From assembly GCA_951406725.2 (NCBI GenBank), contig OX597814.1, positions 79,670,001 through 79,734,000 on the forward strand: a DNA stretch of 64,000 bases. Direction: 5' to 3'. A program made the translations under genes and the position numbers. The DNA comes from Octopus vulgaris. Lineage: Eukaryota. Shown piece by piece: positions 55,751 to 64,000 of this stretch. The notes beneath the pieces were generated by a model. That model saw only the letters and a list, made by a program, of their open reading frames with translations, had not been told where the DNA came from and ran no database searches. The first letter of the stretch is position 1, and the number at the start of each line of letters is the position of its first letter.

Positions 55751-57757
55751 ATATATGCTTGCTTGTTCTCTGCTTCCCTTTATATCTATTATTTATTTTG
55801 TGTGTGTGTGTGTGTGTGTTAACACTTTCATTAGTTGTTTGTTGCTAATTTGCTACATCTGTGGTATATTGACTGTTATATTCGAGACGGTAATTTTTTT
55901 TATTTAATTAGCTATTTTTCAGAAACTTGCAGTATCCAATTATGCTGTTTAGAACTATGTCATCCCTCGAATAAGCAAATCTATAATCAAAGTCGTCTCA
56001 TCAGTAATCATTCCGTTGTGTTTTTCTTTCTTTTTTACAGCTTAGTGTACATTGAACTACATTAAATGTATACTTCAACTTTAGGAAAGCAGGATGTAAT
56101 ATGAGAGATATATGACAGCTATTTATGGCAGGATGAATGACAACGTAGATGATCATTCGTTAGTAAGTGCAGTAGCTATGTTGTGCGATTGTGGCGGTGT
56201 TGTATTTTGTGAGCCCTTCATTTTGTTTTCTCAGAATGAAGACCTGACCCATATACACGTAACATGGGCAAATTCCTCTTGACGAACGTAAGGATCAAGT
56301 GATGGTCTTAAACTGGGAGGTGGATTAAGTCGGTTACCGAAGAATTCAGAACTTAAAATGTCAGAAGAAATACTGCAAAACATTTCGCTTGACGGTCAAG
56401 CAATTCCATCAATCCACAAAACACAACACCACTGCAACATAGATATTCTAAAGGATCCATCTACGTGGCTGATCATCGAGTATAAATGGCTACCAAATGT
56501 CTAGCAGGTCGAGCAACTGCATATATACTTCCTCGTTGATCGTTAGTATTGCCAGTATATGTATTTTGTGCAAGAATGTTCCTATATTGTCCATGTTCCC
56601 TTTGTCTTTTTCATTCGGAATCATCGAAACCTAACTGTTACTAATACACAGTCATAATTCGTATCAGTTCATATAGTTTTCTGTTTCAACATTTTATCGT
56701 ACGATTGGCGTCCATCATGCTCATTCTGTTCTGAATTTTGACACGATATACCAAAGACTGCTGGTGTTTCTACGAAGGCCTAATATTCGTGCAGAGGCTC
56801 CTGGCTGGCCAAAGCCAAATTTTATTTTTATTTATAGTTTGTCAAAAGCAAAGCACATTTATATATAGATGTTACATAGTAATATCTCAAAACTTGTAAA
56901 TTTTCTACCCTGATTGTTGTTTGTAAAAGTAATTTTTTGAAACGTGTAAATACTTATCATTTATATTATATAATACATAAAACCAAAAATTATATTATCA
57001 TATTTTATATAAAATACAAAATATTATTTGTGTACATAAAGCTTTACTAAAAATTGTTCAGTTAGTTATATTAATAACGTCTGCACGTTAATCATGAAAA
57101 GTTGGGTCTCTCAAGCAAACACTTTCCCGAAGTTCCTCAAATTCAATCTATTAATGACACATAAATATGCAAGATATTTCTTAAACTTTTAACTTTCGCT
57201 ATAATTTATTGTTATCATGATACCAAGAAAAATACTGAAGCGCAAACCATTACTTATTCATGTTTCATGGATTTATAGATAATATAAAAAGTAATTTATA
57301 TGAAATACACACATGAACAGTCACATACATAAACACATAAACCTTTTGCAATAGGTTTCTTTCTTGCACAGTTGGATGTGTAATCTCCTTCACAGTTGTT
57401 TAATTTCAGAAAGCCTAATCAGGGGACTCGATATTCTCTTAACGTTACCTATAAGAAAAGCTCGTTGAATGGATATAATAGCATATTCAAGCAGAAAATT
57501 AATAACGGTAGTAGTAGTAGTAGTAGTAGCAATGATACGCACACATTGCATATTATATAGAGGTCTATATGTATAACATGACTGAACAGCGTTAGCGGCT
57601 ATATGAAATACTGTAATATATCTATCTATCCATATATATATATATATATATGATTCTATACATATGTGTGCGTGCGCGCATGAGTGTATAAGCATACATA
57701 CATCCGTATATATCTATATATGCACACACACATATATATATATATAATATATTATAT

Positions 57758-57797
<40 letters not shown>

Positions 57798-57814
57798 GTA
57801 CATATATGTATGTA

Positions 57815-57871
<57 letters not shown>

Positions 57872-58123
57872 GTAAGCAGAGTTAGCGGCTGTAGTAACCG
57901 ACTAAGGAATAAAAGTACCAGTATTTACTATCGATATCAATTACCTGTGCTATCCCTGGGCATGGATATACAGGGACAGTATGCTCATAGGGTTCAGGTA
58001 ACAACACAAAAACAAAAGTTTATCGGGAATCAAAGTTAAATAATCAGAAAAACTTATGATAAAAAAACAAACAAATTGGACCACATCGGTAGAATGTTTT
58101 TTAATACAAAGCATGACGATAAC

Positions 58124-58240
58124 ATTTCTAACGGCCGTTTCCGCTTCCAATATTAGTCGGTGCTTGCGAAAGAATTTCGAAAATAAAATTCCTCTTTCTA
58201 GCACATTCGATCTAGTACATGGAGCTTTATCAGAGTGAAT
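58124..58240 (-). ncRNA. Degenerate hammerhead-like motif with long stem II hairpin
   Basis: CTGATAA (G8A) - about 80-nt hairpin (gaaagaggaattt/aaattctttc) - GAAAC-GGCC-GTT-AGAAAT; palindrome AACGGCCGTT. Confidence 0.55.
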
Positions 58241-58842
58241 ACAAATGCGTAAAATATAATGAACGAAGGGAAGAGGGAATAGGAAAGAACAGGGCCTCGA
58301 AAAGAGACCCTGTTATGTTTTGTATTAAAAAATAATCCGCCGACGTGGTCCAATTTGTTTGTTGATCAAAAGTTGTCTCCATTTTCTGATTATTGATATA
58401 TATATATATAATACGATATATGATATAGTATAATGTAATACAATGTAATATAATATATAGCTAATTATTTCACCAGTGTTATTCAGATGCTTCCTACCAA
58501 GGTCATTGCTAAGATAACCATTGCTGACAGTGACATTTCTGTCATCACCACCCTCCCTTAATATTCGTCTTGTTACTTTTGCTGTTGCCGTTGTATTTTA
58601 CAGCAAAATATCTGTCTTAATGTAGCTCGGTTTTCACTCATGTTTTCTCGAGCATTTTCAATTAATCTGTTTACTATAGAAAGGCCTGGGGACAGAGGTT
58701 TTCTTCATTAGTTAAGCCCTCGTCACCGGCTTAAAGTAACACTTGTGACGAAGGTGAGTGGAGGGTCTACTCTTCTGGGAATTTCTTGAGTGGTAGGAGA
58801 TAGTGTGGAGACAATTCTCCAATGACTGGGCCTACTGTCAGT

Positions 58843-59029
58843 ATCTTTTATCTTGTACTTGTTCCACTCATTAAACTGCGACCATGCTGGAGCATCACCT
58901 TGAAGAATTTTAGTCAAGTGAAACTGCCCCTAATACTTTCTTTTTAAGCCTGATACTTATTCTATCGATCTTTTGCCGAACCGCTATTTTCGGGAAGTAA
59001 ATACATTAACACCAGTTTTCAAAGACAAA

Positions 59030-59071
<42 letters not shown>

Positions 59072-59244
59072 AACACACACATCTATAACGGACTTCTCTC
59101 AGTTTCCATCTACCAAATCCACTGATAAGTCTTTAGTCGGCCCCAAGCTGTAATAGAATACACTTGTCCAAGGTACACGCAATAGGACTGAACCAGTCTC
59201 CATGTGACTGACAAGTAAACTTCTCACACAGCGACGCCTGCACC

Positions 59245-59245
<1 letters not shown>
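58843..59245 (-). mobile_element. Near full-length SINE family A
   Basis: Minus head aggtgcaggcgtcgctgtgtgagaagtttac...ggttcagtccta; body and tail match the 11416 and 8474 copies. Confidence 0.85.
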
Positions 59246-59318
<73 letters not shown>

Positions 59319-59338
59319 CAACAACAACAACAACAACT

Positions 59339-59412
<74 letters not shown>

Positions 59413-59612
59413 TCGTTCTCTTTTCGGTACAAAGCCTAAAATCTTGTGGGAGGAGACTAGTCGATTACATTGACCCCAGTTTCAATGGTACTTAATTTAT
59501 TGACCACGAAAGGATGAAAGGCAAATTCGGCCACGGCGGAATTTGAACTTAGATCATAGCGATGGGCAAAATACCACTGAGCATTTCGTCCAGCGTGCCA
59601 GCTCGCTGCCTT
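59413..59612 (-). mobile_element. SINE family B between (AAT)n tracts
   Basis: gtcgattacattgaccccagt...aaggatgaaaggcaaa...ggcggaatttgaact...ccagctcgctgcct. Confidence 0.8.
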
Positions 59613-59617
59613 CATTG

Positions 59618-59674
<57 letters not shown>

Positions 59675-61079
59675 GCCCTGATGCAGTACCAGGCAGTGGC
59701 TCTCATGGCTTCTGATCTTAACTGATTGGAAGTGTTATCATGTACATTGTTTTGTCTTGGTATAAAAGATGGGCTACAGCAAATATTCTGCTCAATACCA
59801 CAGATTTGCTTGTCAGTTGTTTGACCTTAACCAGTTGAGCATGTCCCTTAGTGGCTGACGATATGTGCATCTCTGATCACGAGCAGAAGTAGTGGGGGAG
59901 CATCATGGCCATGTGTTGAGAGGGATTCTTTGGAGTTTGAATGGTTCACCTCTGGAAACATAGGTGTTTCGTTCAACATCCTAAAGCAACCCTTATTCAG
60001 GGACCGTTTGAGCAGGATGGGCTACTCAACCTGAAGAAAATTCTAACTGGGCCCCACCTGCAAGGTCATGTGCTGTTTATCTTGATATGAGATCACCATG
60101 TCGCGCACATATGGCTGTGATGCATGTGCCTGGTGTACCTTTATCAGACGGGTAGTCATGATGGGTATATTGGGCTTCGTATATTTTACCCCAGTGTCAC
60201 TTTGATGGCATGAACTGCTCTCTCACTCAATAATAATAATAATATTAAGTGCATGTGTAGGGAAATGATAACTGGGAAAGAAAACACATACCCTTCTTAC
60301 ATTAATCTAGTCCGTGTGGTGTTCTTTGATTTTCATAGATTGCCTCCTTTCCGTGGAACTCTGCCTATACTGTGGATATTATTGTTTCTTGTCTCATGAA
60401 GTTTGATTCTACGTAACCTCCTCCCACACATACATACATTTTTGTGGCCTGTCCTTGCAATGTCCCTTCGGACGTCGCCTTTGTGGCAATAATAAAGAAA
60501 AAATTGTTATCTCAAGGAAGAGGAGGATAAATTAATCGTTCTGTAGCTTGCCCATTTACAAGAAAAAAAAGATACTTTATGACTTGTTAGTTCTTTCTGC
60601 CTTCACAGTGGAAACCATTTTCAACCTAGCTACTATGATGTGGGTGGGAGATGATTCTCGTTACGGTGTTAGTCCAACTCCTCCTTCTGCTGGAAGAAAA
60701 TAGCAAACAACTCTCTCGTGTATTGGGAACAAATGACCAAATAATATTTTTCCAATATTACTACCCACAACTACAAATCGTTCATGAACAATGACAACAA
60801 ACGGCTAAATGTATATATTTGTGTTAATGACGGCAGCAATAACAATAATAGATCTGGGCATAAACAACAAAACTATCAGCAAATTGTGGACAAAATGAGG
60901 TTTATTTGCACGCATAGATTTAAACCTCAAAATAATGACCGGAAATGGAAGTTATGTCAGATGTTAGTGAGGGATATAGAATACAACTTTAAATGTATTA
61001 TAACGAATAAGTTAATAGCTGTTGTGCTTACATTTTATTGAGGTCTTCACCGGCACCTTTCTCCACTACTCTTTTTTAT

Positions 61080-61365
61080 AGGTGTCTATGGCTTCTACCA
61101 TACTGCGGGGTTCTTATTTCTTTGTCCTCGGGGTTGTCTTTCCGACAGATTTCATTATAGAGTGTCCTAGCAACAACATAATGTCTCATCAGTAGATAAT
61201 ACCGTGATGACATTTTCGACAACTGCTTATGATGTGGGTGATATCTTTGAAGTTAACTCCACAAAGTCTGCATCGGTTATCACATTTTACTGCTTTTCTT
61301 GCATCTCTGTTCCTTTTGTGTATAAGGTACTTGGTTGATATTCCCTGTTCCTGTATTGCAAATGC
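61080..61365 (-). pseudogene. R4-like fragment with CCHC zinc knuckle
   Basis: FAIQEQGISTKYL...CRLCGVNFKDITHIISSC, then RHYVVARTLYNEI; 5' end abuts a mixed CA/GACA/(ATAC)n microsatellite. Confidence 0.85.
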
Positions 61366-62608
61366 GTGTATGTATGTGTCTGTGTGTCTCACTGTCTGTC
61401 TATCTGTTTGTCTGCCAGTATGTATGTATGTATGTATGTATGTATGTATGTATGTATGTATGTATGTATATGTGTGTGTACATGTATGCATGTATGTATG
61501 TTTGTTTGTGTTAGGTCACTTGTAAGGTCTTTTATGAGTTTTACTTGTAACATAGAATCCAGTAAAACTTATTGCATCGTCAGATCGTCGGCGACTAAAC
61601 TGTCACCTCATGTAGGCTTGTCTGTCGTGGATGGTTGCTAGAAACACAAGTGAACTAAGAAAAGAAGCTGTTAAAAGCATGGACAATCCTAGTGTCGATC
61701 TTAGTGTCAGTTTAACGACTAGCTAGCAAGAGCACGCGCCCTCATAAATTCTGAGTTAGTGTCCGGTGTACTGAAAGACTACTGGGAGTGAGACACTCCT
61801 TACCTTTTGTTAAATTGTGTCACTTGGAGAAGGTCATTTCCTTACGCTACCACATTCCTGAGCCTATTGTCCATATTGACACTGGTTATCTTGCCCTGGC
61901 TTGTCTCTGGATCATGTCAGTAAGGTGGAGAAGGTCTGTGAGGTGTTGTGCAAGCCTTACTGGACCGATGCCCGGTCGAGTAGGAGGGCACTACGGTGAG
62001 CATGGAAGCCACGGATGGGAACCCGTATGAAGCTGATTATTTGTGCAATAATCTCATGCAAACACACACATATATATGTATACATGTGTATATGCATACA
62101 TATAGACACAGAGACATACACACACACAAACAGACAAACATACACACACTTACACACTCAGTTATGAATTAGAAGCAACGCTAGCATTATAAACATTATC
62201 GATCACACATACTTAATGTATGCTTGCATATATGTTTCTATGTATGTATGTATGTATGTATGTATGTATGTATGTATGTATGTATGTATGTATGTATGTA
62301 TGTATCTATCTATCTATCTGTCTGTCTGTACATGTATGCATACATATAAAATTAAATTAAATTTAATTTTATTTAATTTATATTAAATTTTTTTATGTAT
62401 TGGATTAAGTCTTTCTTTGTTTGATTTGCAAAATAGTGGTTTTGTCTCTAATTAATATTATATAATATTTGACTATAAAATTGGATTCAATCCTAAATCT
62501 GATTTTTCCCTGTAAATTTGGATTTATTCCCTAATATTTATTATATATATATATATATATTGCTAGCAGGTGGAGCGTATCCCTGCCAACCTCTAGCAGA
62601 CAACAGGA

Positions 62609-62657
62609 TCGCGAGACTGACTCAGTTCCCGGCTGCTTGGTTCATCTTCAGTCGCGA
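62609..62657 (-). ncRNA. Type I hammerhead-like motif with a GAAA to GGAA change
   Basis: TCGCGA-CTGAAGA-weak stem II-GGAAC-TGAGTCA-GTC-TCGCGA; 6-bp stem I, stem III ACTGA/TCAGT, GUC triplet. Confidence 0.65.
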
Positions 62658-63073
62658 GTACATGGCCCTGATTGAGCGGACCTCTTATTAAAGATCTTCT
62701 AACCCTGACCATCACTTCTTAATAATATCTAGAAGTACCACATTTACCAAAGTGTTATATTTGATGTGGTGCTGGTTTTATTCGTAGTGGTTTGCATTAT
62801 TGTTTGTGTTGTTATTTAGTTTCGGTTTAGTTCTGACAGGACCGAATTATGACCGAAAGTTGTCACTCCATCCTGTCTTTTACCTATGTGCAGGAAGCGT
62901 AGGATCATATTTTCGAATATGTCTTTTTTAAGACGGTAGTGTATGATTTGCTAGAAATTCAGTTGTTATATCTACCACGTCGGGTGAGCACATAGGGAAT
63001 TTTCTCATAGGCTTGTATTTCGGAGTTGTCAAAATATATAAGTATAGGTATATTTTTTATATGTAAGGGTGAG

Positions 63074-63114
<41 letters not shown>

Positions 63115-63860
63115 AGAAAGAAAGAGTGAAAGAAAGGCAAGATAGAGAAAAAAAAAGAAAGAAAAAAGAATGAAGGAGAACGAGAGGAAGATAAACTTCA
63201 AACTAAGTTCTTTCGCTTATCAAATTACGATTAACTTAAATTATATTTACATTAAAAGATAGTGGAGAGAAATTTTGCTTTGAACAATAAGCTTCAACAG
63301 AAATCCTTCGATTTCATAAAAAATGATTGCGTTAAAATCAATTTGTTATTAATCATATGTAACTTAGATTGTTATAGTTACAGTCTTGTCAATCTTGGGT
63401 CTCATTTGTAGGTTTTTTCGTTTGTTTATGAATACTTTTTCTCTGTTTTATCAAAAAAGTAATTGCGTTTTACTCAACCAACCCGGCTGAAAAGCGGGTG
63501 GCTTAACCAATTTCCATCCATGTAGATATTGGTAGCACCTGCAGAAAGTATTTAAATCATTTTCAAGAATTCCATCCAAAATTTCTGCACACCTGATTCT
63601 AATTAAGGCTGTTACTTTCAAGGGAACGCATTCTACTTTCATATAGCAATTAACTTTAATAAATTTAATATATGTTTATTTGTTACTTTTTCATTCATTT
63701 ATATATTTCTTCTTTCTCTGGTAATGAATATTTCCATCTCAAAACTCTGAAGCAATAGTTCCAACGACATTTTGTTTTGTTGTTAAGCACTTACATGATT
63801 TTTAAAAAATTGCGAAAAACATGTCTATACTTTATGAGCAATCCACTATTCCAATATATA

Positions 63861-64000
63861 CAGGGGTTAGACAAAATAAAAGAAATACCTTAAAATTTCA
63901 AACAAATTTATTTTAAGGTTGGGTAGGACCACCTTTGGCAGTAATTACAGTTTGAATTCTACGAGGTATGGACTCGTACAAAGTTTGAATTGTTTCGAAA
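63861..64000 (-). mobile_element. Right end of a second copy of the 40424-41683 Tc1 family, running off the window
   Basis: caggggttagacaaaataaaagaaataccttaaaatttcaaac...gtaggaccacctttggcagtaattaca is the reverse complement of 41545-41683. Confidence 0.9.

Noticed and set aside
57940-58001. Hairpin ttacctg...caggtaa
   Set aside because: Possibly an orphan stem II of a PLE-type element, but no CUGANGA core flanks it

Overview
AT-rich, microsatellite-dense eukaryotic DNA with no recognisable host gene, so it is probably intronic or intergenic. The SINE and microsatellite landscape looks like a cephalopod (Octopus-like) genome; that assignment is pattern recognition, not a search result. Most ORFs in the track are microsatellite read-throughs. 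Real coding remnants are all transposon-derived: a deleted Gypsy (Mag-like) LTR element, six R4/Dong-like RLE non-LTR fragments (one with a clean 271-aa C-terminus), Penelope-like GIY-YIG/RT remnants, seven Tc1/mariner copies or fragments, and tRNA-derived SINE families. The main hidden signal is about 13 minimal type I hammerhead-ribozyme-like motifs from several unrelated families, most with palindromic stem III and three inside inverted-repeat cassettes. Three of them sit in the tail of a tRNA-headed SINE (Pol III head, (AAT)n, hammerhead, Penelope-like 3' end), a candidate Penelope-mobilised ribozyme SINE. There is also a perfect spacer-less 222-bp palindrome. All folds were paired by eye and no activity is demonstrated.
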